A stretch of DNA of 64,000 nt, taken from the NCBI GenBank assembly GCA_003248755.1, contig QFQW01000006.1, positions 4,993 through 68,992 on the forward strand, written 5' to 3'. The notes beneath the pieces were generated by a model. It ran no database searches and was not told the DNA's origin. It saw nothing but the letters and a program-made list of their open reading frames with translations. The position numbers and the translations under genes were made by a program. Shown piece by piece: positions 32,303-41,341 of the stretch (its first letter is position 1; every line of letters begins with the position of its first letter). The stretch comes from Chryseobacterium sp. (GTDB lineage: Bacteria > Bacteroidota > Bacteroidia > Flavobacteriales > Weeksellaceae).

Positions 32303-34408
32303 ATGAAAGGATTTATTTTTTTAGGGGTATTCATTGCTCCATTTTATCTTTCACAAACGGTAGAGGATTCTACAAAAATCACCTCAATTCCAGCAGTTGA
32401 ATTTACAAAAAGAACACCGGTTGCAAAAGCAATCATCAATGTCGAAAAAGATTTGGCAGACAAAAACTTGGGACAGGATTTACCAATCCTCCTGAAAAAT
32501 CAGATGTCAGTTGTCTCTACTTCTGATGCTGGAAATGGAGTAGGTTACACAGGCCTTAGGATTAGGGGAACTTCTGGAACAAGTATCAATGTGATGTTGA
32601 ATGGAGTTCCTTATAATGATTCCGAATCTCAAGGGACGTTCTTTGTTAATGTTCCGGATTTGACAAGTTCTGCTTCACAAATTGTAATTCAAAGAGGTGT
32701 TGGGACGTCTTCAAACGGAGTTTCGGCGTTTGGAGCAAGTGTAAACGTGATTTCCAAAGATCCGTCTGACGAATTCTCTGTGAAAACGGATGATTCTTAT
32801 GGTTCTTTCAATACTTACAAATATTCTGCTGAGGTCAACTCCGGGAAGTTCTGGAACAATCGCTTGTCCGTAATGGGAAGATACACTTACATCCATTCTG
32901 ATGGTTATATTGATAGAGCATTTTCAAAACTTCATTCTTATAACTTCTCTGCCTTATTCCAAGAAAAAAATACTGAATTGAGATTTTTAGCTTTTGGAGG
33001 AAAAGAGAAAACTTATCAGGCTTGGAATGGTGTTGACAAAGAGACTTGGGAAACTAATCCAAGATTCAATTATTCTGGAGCAATTTATGATTCCAATTGG
33101 GAAAATATCACAGGATATTATAATAATGAAACCGATAATTACAGACAGAATCATTATCAGTTATTATGGAATCAAAAGTTCTCTGATGATTGGAAATTGG
33201 AAACAACAGCTCATTATACCAAAGGAAAAGGTTATTATGAAAATTATAAACAAGGAGACCCTTTTGCGAGATATAATTTACCAAATCAAATTGTTGGAGG
33301 TAACGAAGAAGAATATTCTGATTTTATCAGAAAGAAATGGCTGGACAATGATTTTTATGGTATCATTTCTACATTGTATGGAAATTTGGGTGATTTAAGT
33401 CTTAATGTTGGAGCGGTTGCGAATCAATATTATGGGAGACATTTTGGAAATGTTACAGGCGTTTTTATCCCGGAGATTAATGAATTTGAATATTACAGAA
33501 ATCGTTCTATCAAGAATGAAGTGTCTGGTTTTGCAAAAGCAATTTACAAACTGAATCAATTTGAGTTCTTTGGAGACTTACAATTGAGAAATATCGATTA
33601 TGATACAAAAGTGATTCAGCAAGGTGATGATGAAGGTGTGAATCTTGACAAAAAATGGACTTTTTTCAACCCAAAAGCTGGTGTTAATTTTAACTTGAAA
33701 AACGGGAAAGTTTTTGTTTCGTACGCTAATGCACATCGTGAACCAAACAGAGATGATCTTTTCGCCAATCCGGAAACAAAAGCCGAAACACTTCACGATT
33801 TTGAAGCAGGTTGGGAACAGCAGATCGGAAAAGTTGCTTTGACTGCAAATGCTTATTATATGTACTACAAAAACCAATTGGTTTTGAATGGACAAGTCAA
33901 TAATGTTGGAGCTTTTATTAGAACCAATAGCGGGAAAAGTTATAGACTTGGTCTGGAATTAGGAGTTCTGTCAAAAATTACAAAAGATTTACAGGTTTCT
34001 GCTAACGCAACTTTCAGCGATAACAAAAACAAAGATTTTTATATAGAGACAGAGTCCGGAATTCAGAACTTAGGAAATACAGAAATCTCTTTTTCGCCAA
34101 GTTTTCTTGCTAATGGAAATATTCTCTATTCACCTTTCAAGAATTTTAATCTTGGCGTTACAGCACAATATGTTGGTAAACAACATTTGGATAACAATGG
34201 AGATAAAGAGAATCAGTTAGATGTGTATTTTGTTCCTGATTTTAATATGTCATATAAGCTGCCTCTTAAGAAACAAGATGTGACTTTGAGGTTCTTATTA
34301 AATAATTTCACTGATACGAAGTATGTCAACAACGGTTTTAGTGGACCGTATTACTTCGCACAAGCCGGAATTAACTTCCTTTTTGGGGTTTCTTTGAAGC
34401 TGAAATGA
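32303..34408 (+). CDS. TonB-dependent receptor, TPP-riboswitch-controlled (thiamine or thiamine-precursor uptake candidate)
   Basis: Plug domain (VSTSDAGNGVGYTGLRIRGTSGTSINVMLNGVPYNDSESQG), a 22-strand-type barrel, and a C-terminal strand ending in an aromatic residue (FGVSLKLK). Confidence 0.85.
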   Translation: MKGFIFLGVFIAPFYLSQTVEDSTKITSIPAVEFTKRTPVAKAIINVEKDLADKNLGQDLPILLKNQMSVVSTSDAGNGVGYTGLRIRGTSGTSINVMLNGVPYNDSESQGTFFVNVPDLTSSASQIVIQRGVGTSSNGVSAFGASVNVISKDPSDEFSVKTDDSYGSFNTYKYSAEVNSGKFWNNRLSVMGRYTYIHSDGYIDRAFSKLHSYNFSALFQEKNTELRFLAFGGKEKTYQAWNGVDKETWETNPRFNYSGAIYDSNWENITGYYNNETDNYRQNHYQLLWNQKFSDDWKLETTAHYTKGKGYYENYKQGDPFARYNLPNQIVGGNEEEYSDFIRKKWLDNDFYGIISTLYGNLGDLSLNVGAVANQYYGRHFGNVTGVFIPEINEFEYYRNRSIKNEVSGFAKAIYKLNQFEFFGDLQLRNIDYDTKVIQQGDDEGVNLDKKWTFFNPKAGVNFNLKNGKVFVSYANAHREPNRDDLFANPETKAETLHDFEAGWEQQIGKVALTANAYYMYYKNQLVLNGQVNNVGAFIRTNSGKSYRLGLELGVLSKITKDLQVSANATFSDNKNKDFYIETESGIQNLGNTEISFSPSFLANGNILYSPFKNFNLGVTAQYVGKQHLDNNGDKENQLDVYFVPDFNMSYKLPLKKQDVTLRFLLNNFTDTKYVNNGFSGPYYFAQAGINFLFGVSLKLK

Positions 34409-34564
34409 AATTTTTATGACTGAAAATCAGTTATTTGTAAAATTTTAAGGTCTATTTTGTAAATTTTTATTTGTTAACTTAAAATTAATATTAGATTTAC
34501 AACAATTTCAAGTACATGTATAATGTACATTGAAATTATATATAGACCTTAAAAATTTACATCT

Positions 34565-35233
34565 ATGAAAAAAATCTATTCATTAATGCTTGCCGCATTG
34601 GCAGGTGTTACGCTTTCTGCACAATTGACTTATACTGTATCGAACGGTGTTTATAAGCTAACTTACGGAAAAACAGGAGACTGGACTTTTTATAATCCTC
34701 AGAGTCAACCAACGTTTTATGTACATGTTTGGTCTTCTCAAACAGACGGAGATAACAATCAAGGTAACTTCGATGATGCCTGGAGTAATTCCAATACAAC
34801 AATGACTTGGGACAACGCAGAGGGCGCTTATGTCGGAACTATTAATTTGAACACAAAACTCTTCACAAATTCTAATAATACAATGCCTCAAGGGACTGTA
34901 GTTCAAAGAATTGGAGTTGTTTTTAAAAACAAATCAAATGGTGCAGATTTCCAATCCGGAGACAGAGACCTTGAAGGACCAACAACTTTGACAACGCTGG
35001 CTGTATCTGAAGCTGGTTCGAAAACAAAATCTCAAGTAGCTGCAGGTAAATTATTTACTTCTGCAAAAGGAAATCTGGACTTGACTGTCTATGATTTCGG
35101 AGGGAAAGTAATAAAGACCTTAAAAATAAATGCAAATGGAAATCCGATTGACTTAAATCTTTCTCAGAAAGGTTTATATCTGATTAAGATTTCTGGTAAC
35201 AATATTTCAGAAGTTGTGAAATTTGCGTATTAA
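34565..35233 (+). CDS. Secreted protein with a T9SS type-A C-terminal sorting domain
   Basis: Signal peptide. The C-terminal ~75 aa resemble the Por secretion tail (LDLTVYDFGGKVIKTLK...GLYLIKISGNNISEVVKFAY). Confidence 0.65.
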   Translation: MKKIYSLMLAALAGVTLSAQLTYTVSNGVYKLTYGKTGDWTFYNPQSQPTFYVHVWSSQTDGDNNQGNFDDAWSNSNTTMTWDNAEGAYVGTINLNTKLFTNSNNTMPQGTVVQRIGVVFKNKSNGADFQSGDRDLEGPTTLTTLAVSEAGSKTKSQVAAGKLFTSAKGNLDLTVYDFGGKVIKTLKINANGNPIDLNLSQKGLYLIKISGNNISEVVKFAY

Positions 35234-35257
35234 CACTTTAATTAATTCATATCAAAT

Positions 35258-35286
35258 CAAAAGGTTGCTGTAAAAAGCAACCTTTT
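35258..35286 (+). terminator. Intrinsic terminator
   Basis: aaaaggttgct-gtaaaa-agcaacctttta. Confidence 0.6.
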
Positions 35287-35326
35287 ATATTTTCTTTAAC
35301 ATCAAAAATTATGTAGTTTTGTGGCG

Positions 35327-36007
35327 ATGAATTTTGAATATCTTTTATATCAATATCTTCTGAAGCATAATAGAGCAGAAGTTCCGGAATTTGGTGTTTT
35401 CGAACTTACAAAGGAATCGGCTAAAATAGATGCTGAGAATTCTATTATTATCCCACCAAAAGAGTCTGTAACTTTTGAATATAATTTGGCTGTATATGAT
35501 AATCATTTAGCCAAATATATTGCGGAAGAAACCAATACGAATCTGTTTGTCGTTCAGATGAATTTGAAATCAGAAGTTGCAAAATGGTTTCAAAAACTAC
35601 AACACGATAATTTTCTGGATTTAGAAAATCTTGGACAGTTTCAATTGGATGAGCAAAGCAAAGTTGTTAAGATAACAGATACTAGTGCAGATGTTTTTGG
35701 TTTTGAAGAAGTTAATATGCAGCAACTTAAAAATTTGAAATCAAAAAAAACTTCAATAGAAGAAGATTATGCTTTTAATAAAAGTGTGCTTTGGACTTTC
35801 TTAAGTATTATTGTTGCTGGAACAGCAGCATTATTCCTTTTCGGAGACCAAGAACTGATATTCGGAAAAACATCTCAAATTCCTACAAAAAAACTTGCCA
35901 AAAAAACTATAGTTAAGAAAGTTTCGACATCTCCTAAAACAGATTCAACAAAAATAGATAGTATAAAATCAACAACGAATGCAAAAATCCAAAAAACCAA
36001 TAGATAG
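35327..36007 (+). CDS. Hypothetical membrane protein with an HU/CCDC81-like N-terminal domain
   Basis: YLLKHNRAEVPEFGVFELTKE resembles bacterial HU_CCDC81 N-termini. One TM helix (VLWTFLSIIVAGTAALFLF). Basic Lys/Thr-rich tail. Confidence 0.45.
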   Translation: MNFEYLLYQYLLKHNRAEVPEFGVFELTKESAKIDAENSIIIPPKESVTFEYNLAVYDNHLAKYIAEETNTNLFVVQMNLKSEVAKWFQKLQHDNFLDLENLGQFQLDEQSKVVKITDTSADVFGFEEVNMQQLKNLKSKKTSIEEDYAFNKSVLWTFLSIIVAGTAALFLFGDQELIFGKTSQIPTKKLAKKTIVKKVSTSPKTDSTKIDSIKSTTNAKIQKTNR

Positions 36008-36500
36008 CCTTACGGTAATGACGAACATCGTCTTGCCCAACGAAACCAATTCATTAAGAAATCTTTTCGGAGGCGAACTGTTGTCAAGAATGGACCGAGC
36101 AGCTTCTATATCGGCAACCAGGCATTGCGAAAGAAGAGTGGTGACGGCTTCAGTGAATCACGTTTCCTTTAATCATCCGATTCCTGAAGGTGGAATTGTG
36201 GTCTTGGAATCCAAAGTTTCCAGAGCATTTGGTACATCTATGGAAATCTACGTGGATGTTTGGTTGGATGACCCGATTAATCAGACAAAAATCCAAACTA
36301 ACGAAGGAATTTATACTTTTGTTGCCGTTGATGAGTTCAATCGTCCGATTCCAATACCGAAAATAGAACCTGAAACAGAATTGGAAGTTATCCGTTACGA
36401 TGCGGCATTGAGAAGAAAAGAACTATCACTAATCCTTTCCGGAAGAATGAAACCTTCAGAATCTGTAGAACTCAAAAAGTTATTTTTGGGAACAGATTAA
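35979..36500 (+). CDS. Acyl-CoA thioesterase (hotdog fold, YciA/BFIT-like)
   Basis: VLPNETNSLRNLFGGELLSRMDRAASISATRH and VTASV...F..P blocks typical of the family. Confidence 0.8.
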   Translation: MQKSKKPIDSLTVMTNIVLPNETNSLRNLFGGELLSRMDRAASISATRHCERRVVTASVNHVSFNHPIPEGGIVVLESKVSRAFGTSMEIYVDVWLDDPINQTKIQTNEGIYTFVAVDEFNRPIPIPKIEPETELEVIRYDAALRRKELSLILSGRMKPSESVELKKLFLGTD

Positions 36501-36606
36501 ACCACAAATGACACGAATGTTTTCACAAATTTTCACAACCATATTATTGTGTCATTTTTGAAAATATTTGTATTGAAATAAAAAGAAACCACAAATATGA
36601 AAAACT

Positions 36607-36999
36607 ATGAAAATGGATATTTCAGAGAATGAAATATCTAAAATTGTTTATGAATCTGGATATTTGATTCATAAATCCTTAGGTCCCGGACTTTTAGAAA
36701 GTGCTTATGAGGAATGTATGTGCTATGAACTCAGAAAACAAGGCTTATTTGTTGAAAAGCAAAAACCGATGCCTCTTTTCTATGATGAAGTAAAAATGGA
36801 TGTTGGCTATAGATTGGATTTATTTATTGAAAATAAATTCATTTTAGAAATCAAATCTGTAGAAACTTTAAATGATATTCATTTGGCTCAAATTCTTACA
36901 TATCTTAGATTAAGCAAGTGCAAATTAGGAATGTTGATAAACTTCAATACACTTCATTTCAAAAATGGTGTAAAAAGAGTTATCAATGGGAAGCTATAA
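36607..36999 (+). CDS. GxxExxY protein (PD-(D/E)XK-like)
   Basis: LGPGLLESAYEECMCYEL (GxxExxY), then DLFIENKFILEIKS (D...E.K nuclease-like core) and the family's typical ~130-aa length. Confidence 0.85.
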   Translation: MKMDISENEISKIVYESGYLIHKSLGPGLLESAYEECMCYELRKQGLFVEKQKPMPLFYDEVKMDVGYRLDLFIENKFILEIKSVETLNDIHLAQILTYLRLSKCKLGMLINFNTLHFKNGVKRVINGKL

Positions 37000-37045
37000 C
37001 CTGTGAGATTTGTGAAAAAATATTTGTGCAATTAGTGTTTAAAAA

Positions 37046-37978
37046 ATGAAAATCCTTCAACTCGATAAAAATCATCCATTAATTTCTGAACAATTGACAG
37101 CAAGAGGTTTTGTTGTAGAAGAAGACCATTCTTCGACTTATGATGAGGTTTTGGAGAAAATCAAAGATTATCAGGGAATTATTATCAGAAGCAGGATTCC
37201 ATTAGACAAAAACTTTCTAACAAAGGCTTCTCATCTCAAATTCATTGCGAGAGTAGGAGCGGGAATGGAAAATATTGATATTGAAACGGCGGAGAATCTT
37301 GGAATTAAATTAATTAATTCTCCTGAAGGCAACCGAGATTCTGTTGCGGAACACGTTGTTGGGATGTTGTTGATTCTGATGAACCGATTATTCATTGCAT
37401 CAAATGAAGTGAAAAACGGAATCTGGAAACGTGAAGAAAATCGTGGTGACGAATTATTAGGAAAAACTTTCGGAATTATCGGCTACGGAAATATGGGAAA
37501 AGCAACAGCAAAAAGATTGTCGGGTTTTGGGGTGGATGTTATTTTCCACGATATTTTACCCAATCTTTCCGATGAATTTGCAACGCAGGTCTCTTTGGAA
37601 GAGCTTCAGAAAAGAGCAGATATTTTGAGTCTTCATATTCCTTTAACTTCGGAAACCCATTATTTGATTGATGAAGAATTCATTTCAAAAATGGAAAAGA
37701 ATTTCTATTTTGTCAACACAGCTCGGGGGAAAAATTTAAAAACTAAAGCTTTAGTACAAGCGATTGAATCAGGTAAAATATTGGGAGCATGTCTTGATGT
37801 TTTAGAGTACGAAAAGTCTTCTTTTGAAAACCTTGAAACTGAAAATCAGGACTTGAAATATTTATTAAGTTCTGATAAAGTGATTGTTACGCCACATATT
37901 GGTGGCTGGACCAATCAAAGTAAAATTAAGTTGGCTCAGTTTATTGTAGATAAGATTCTCGCAGATTTTAAAAATTAA
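37046..37978 (+). CDS. D-isomer-specific 2-hydroxyacid dehydrogenase (phosphoglycerate dehydrogenase-like)
   Basis: GIIGYGNMGKATAKRL NAD-binding motif. Catalytic R/E/H context (NTARG; CLDVLEYE; TPHIGGWT). Confidence 0.85.
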   Translation: MKILQLDKNHPLISEQLTARGFVVEEDHSSTYDEVLEKIKDYQGIIIRSRIPLDKNFLTKASHLKFIARVGAGMENIDIETAENLGIKLINSPEGNRDSVAEHVVGMLLILMNRLFIASNEVKNGIWKREENRGDELLGKTFGIIGYGNMGKATAKRLSGFGVDVIFHDILPNLSDEFATQVSLEELQKRADILSLHIPLTSETHYLIDEEFISKMEKNFYFVNTARGKNLKTKALVQAIESGKILGACLDVLEYEKSSFENLETENQDLKYLLSSDKVIVTPHIGGWTNQSKIKLAQFIVDKILADFKN

Positions 37979-38079
37979 GTCTCGAAAAATTTCTCCACAT
38001 TTAACAATTCTTAAGATAATTACTTTCGTTCAAAATTTCATTTTATGTTAACTTGCGAATCCTTAGAAGTTGGCAAAGA

Positions 38080-39336
38080 ATGAATTTTAGAAAAGTAATC
38101 ACAGTAGGTTTAGCGGTTGTATGTATTAGTTCTTGTAAAAAGAAAGAAGAACAAATCAATGAAAATTACGAATCTAAACTTCCCAATTACGGCAACGTAG
38201 ATTTGACCAAAGTTTTCACACCACAAGAATCCACACTTTCCAACGAAGCTACTATTCTTCCTCAAATCAATAATTATTACCAAAAAGTTTGGGAACAAGG
38301 TGACCTCAGTGGAGGAATTCTTGTTGCAAAAGGAGACAAAATTATCTTTGAAAAATACAGAGGATTTGGAAGAGAAGGCAAACAAATGCCAATTGATGCG
38401 AACACACCTCTTCATGTAGCCTCAGTCAGCAAGACGATGACAGCAATGGCTGTTTTGAAATTGGTAGAAGCGGGAAAACTGAAAATGGAAGATGACTTGA
38501 CCAAGTTTTTTCCAAAATTCCCTTACAAAGAAATCACGGTTTTCAGTCTGTTGTCACAAAGAAGCGGACTTCCGAAATACGAGCATTTTGACCAAAGCAT
38601 AAAACCAGCTCCCGAAGAACTTAAAAAAGAATTTCTCACAAATCAGGATGTTCTGGATATGTTGATTAAGTATAAGCCAGAATTAGCGAGAATTTCCAAC
38701 ACTGGATTTATGTATTGCAACACAAACTTTGCATTGTTGGCGCTAGTAGTTGAGAAAGTGACTGCAACTCCTTTTCCGGAAGCGATGCAAGAGATTGTCT
38801 TCAAACCGTTGAAAATGAATCATACATTTATCTTCCAGAAAAAGGATATTCCTATAGCTTCGCAATCGTTTTACAGCGGCTTCAGATTGTATCCTTTAGC
38901 GAATCTGGATTTGATTTACGGCGACAAAAATGTTTACACGACACCAAAGGATTTGCTTAATTTTTCAATTGCGTTATATTCCAAAGATTTCCTGAAACCG
39001 GAATTAGAAAACAAAATCTTCGAGCCTTACAGCAACGAGAAAAAAGGAGTCAACAATTATGGTCTTGGTTTCCGGATGAAAGAATTTGATAATGGCGAAA
39101 AGCTGACTTATCACAATGGTTGGTGGCACGGGACCAATTCGGTTTTTGCACATCTCTTGAAATCGAAAGTGACGATTATTGCCATTGGAAACAAGTATTC
39201 TGGGAAAGTTTATTCCGCATTATCGTTGTCCGGATTGTTTGAAAATTTCCCTTTTGAAATGGACAAATTCAACAAAACAATGAATCCAGCTGGTGCTGAA
39301 AAAGATACAATATCTGCTGGAAACGGAGAGTTGTAA
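38080..39336 (+). CDS. Serine hydrolase / class-C beta-lactamase-family lipoprotein
   Basis: Lipobox (VVCISSC). SxxK (ASVSKTM), YxN (YCNTNF) and HNGWWHGT (K/H-T/x-G). Start moved to ATG 38080. Confidence 0.8.
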   Translation: MNFRKVITVGLAVVCISSCKKKEEQINENYESKLPNYGNVDLTKVFTPQESTLSNEATILPQINNYYQKVWEQGDLSGGILVAKGDKIIFEKYRGFGREGKQMPIDANTPLHVASVSKTMTAMAVLKLVEAGKLKMEDDLTKFFPKFPYKEITVFSLLSQRSGLPKYEHFDQSIKPAPEELKKEFLTNQDVLDMLIKYKPELARISNTGFMYCNTNFALLALVVEKVTATPFPEAMQEIVFKPLKMNHTFIFQKKDIPIASQSFYSGFRLYPLANLDLIYGDKNVYTTPKDLLNFSIALYSKDFLKPELENKIFEPYSNEKKGVNNYGLGFRMKEFDNGEKLTYHNGWWHGTNSVFAHLLKSKVTIIAIGNKYSGKVYSALSLSGLFENFPFEMDKFNKTMNPAGAEKDTISAGNGEL

Positions 39337-39352
39337 ATTCTTAAAAATCAAT

Positions 39353-39842
39353 ATGGGAGTAAGAAGACAATTAACTTTATTTCTGGATGAGAAATATACT
39401 TCAGAAATTGAGAGAATACGTCGCACATTTAATCCTAGTACAATATGGATTAATAAAGTCTCATGTTACTTTATGCAGAGAAGATGAAATAGGAAATTTA
39501 CAGCAAATTTTAGATAATATTCATTCTGTGGATCAAAAACCGATTACGATTAATTTCGAAAAAATTGTGAGATTCTCAGATGGAAAAGGTATTTTAATTT
39601 CTGCTCATCAAAATAATCCGGAATATCACGAATTGAGAAAAAAGATCTTGTCCAGTGATAAAATTAAATTCTCAGAACCTCACATCACTTTAATGCATCC
39701 CAGAAATTCAATTTGTACAGATGAAATATTTGATGACATCAAACAACTTGATTTCTCCCCAAAAATCATATTTGATACAATATCTCTCATTGAGCAAATT
39801 GATGGTGGAGAATGGAAAACGCTGCAGAAATTTGAACTTTAG
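39353..39842 (+). pseudogene. 2H-phosphoesterase (LigT / 2'-5' RNA ligase-like) gene interrupted by a +1 frameshift
   Basis: Frame A (from ATG 39353) gives MGVRRQLTLFLDEKYTSEIERIRRTFNP. Frame B continues VQYGLIKSHVTLCRED...EPHITLMHP, which carries both HxT motifs. Deleting the single A at 39437 joins them into one 2H-family ORF. Confidence 0.6.
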
Positions 39843-39887
39843 TATGATTTCAAACAAAATATTTTATAAAATAATAAATTGATTATC

Positions 39888-39920
39888 AGAACTTTAATAA
39901 TTATTAAAGTTCTTTTTTTA
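39888..39920 (+). terminator. Intrinsic terminator
   Basis: agaactttaataa/ttattaaagttct 13-bp perfect stem followed by ttttttt. Confidence 0.65.
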
Positions 39921-40029
39921 TTTTTGATGTAATAATTATTACATTACAAATGTCTTACTTTTAAACAACCGAGAAATTAAAAAGGTTTCAAGAATAAAAA
40001 CTTTTAACCTCAAACATTAAACTGAATCT

Positions 40030-40548
40030 ATGACTCAAGAAAACTTTAAACAAACGGTATTTATTCTCAAGGATGAGATGTATCGTTTTGCGAAAAAGTT
40101 TTTGATGAGCGCAGATGAAGCCGAAGATGTGGTAATGGATTTGATGATGAAATTTTGGCAAAAAAAAGATGAATTGATGGTTGTAGAAAATCTGAAAAGT
40201 TTTGCCTTGAGAAGTGTAAAAAACGAATGTCTGAACCGACTGAAACATCATGAAGTAAAACTCGGATTTGCAAGCCAGACAAGGCATCAGTCAGAACTTT
40301 ATCAGATAGAAACCAATAATATGAGAGAGCAGATTTTGGGATTCATCAACCAGCTGCCAGAGAAACAAAAAATGGTCATTCACTTAAAAGATGTCGAGGA
40401 ATATGAGATTTCGGAGATATCGGAAATTATGGAGATGGAGGAAAATGCAGTCCGAGTCAACCTGATGAGAGCCAGACAAAAAGTGAAAGATTCTATTAAC
40501 AAACTTTATGAATATGAAAACAGACAGATACAAGGATTGGGAATCTAG
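40030..40548 (+). CDS. ECF-type RNA polymerase sigma-70 factor
   Basis: Region 2 (EAEDVVMDLMMKFW, FALRSVKNECLNRLKH) and region 4 (LPEKQKMVIHLKDVEEYEISEISEIMEMEENAVRVNLMRARQKV). Confidence 0.85.
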   Translation: MTQENFKQTVFILKDEMYRFAKKFLMSADEAEDVVMDLMMKFWQKKDELMVVENLKSFALRSVKNECLNRLKHHEVKLGFASQTRHQSELYQIETNNMREQILGFINQLPEKQKMVIHLKDVEEYEISEISEIMEMEENAVRVNLMRARQKVKDSINKLYEYENRQIQGLGI

Positions 40549-41236
40549 ATTCTTCGAAGGCGAAGAGCTGACGCCGGAAGAACATCTGTTTCTCAAAAAC
40601 GAAAGCGATAATCCTTATTTTTCTTTTCTGAATGAAGAGAAACAGGAAAAATTAGATATAAGCTTCGAAGCTTTCTTAAAGAAAACAGAAGAACCAAAAA
40701 TAGTTGCACTTCCGATTGCAAAAAGAAAATCTTACACACAATATTGGATGGCAGCGAGTTTAGTTCTTTTAATGGGAATCAGTGGGTTTTGGATGTTCAA
40801 CAATCCTGAAAATGTTGAGCCTAAAATTGCAAAACACACAGAAACTCCGAAGAAAGTTGAAACTCCAAAAGTTTCTACAGTTGAAGAAACTTCAGCTCAA
40901 CAACCAGTTTTAACTCAACAAAATGTTCAGCCGGCGAAACAAGATATTGAGAAGAAAAAAGCAGTTGAAAATAAAGAATCAAAAGCACAGTTTGCTTATC
41001 ATCAGCCAAAACAAATTAAAACAGATAATCAAAACCAAAATAAAGTAAACTCAGATTCGGATTATAATCCTAATTATGTTATCATCAATGGAAAACCAAT
41101 CTATAGTGAACAGGAAGCTATTGCTGTGACAGAGGATACTTTTAATTATTTTGCAAGTAACGTTACCCAAACCATAAATCACGCAGAATCTGCACAAAAT
41201 CAATCATTGGATTTTTACAGGATTCTTAATTTTTAA
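40508..41236 (+). CDS. Putative anti-sigma factor (single-pass membrane protein)
   Basis: Overlaps the sigma gene by 41 nt. Short cytoplasmic N-terminus, one TM helix (YWMAASLVLLMGISGFWMF) and a low-complexity periplasmic region. Confidence 0.45.
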   Translation: MNMKTDRYKDWESRFFEGEELTPEEHLFLKNESDNPYFSFLNEEKQEKLDISFEAFLKKTEEPKIVALPIAKRKSYTQYWMAASLVLLMGISGFWMFNNPENVEPKIAKHTETPKKVETPKVSTVEETSAQQPVLTQQNVQPAKQDIEKKKAVENKESKAQFAYHQPKQIKTDNQNQNKVNSDSDYNPNYVIINGKPIYSEQEAIAVTEDTFNYFASNVTQTINHAESAQNQSLDFYRILNF

Positions 41237-41341
41237 TATCAATCAAATCAAAAAATGAAATCGCTATCAACGAATCTTCTGAAATAGTACTAACGAAATG
41301 GTGATTGCATAAGACCTTAGACAACAATTTATAAAATTATT

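Noticed and set aside
39293-39842. Treating 39293-39487 and 39387-39842 as two independent small genes.
   Set aside because: Neither makes a complete domain alone. Together, after removing one base, they form a single 2H-phosphoesterase with both HxT motifs, so it is reported as a frameshifted gene.
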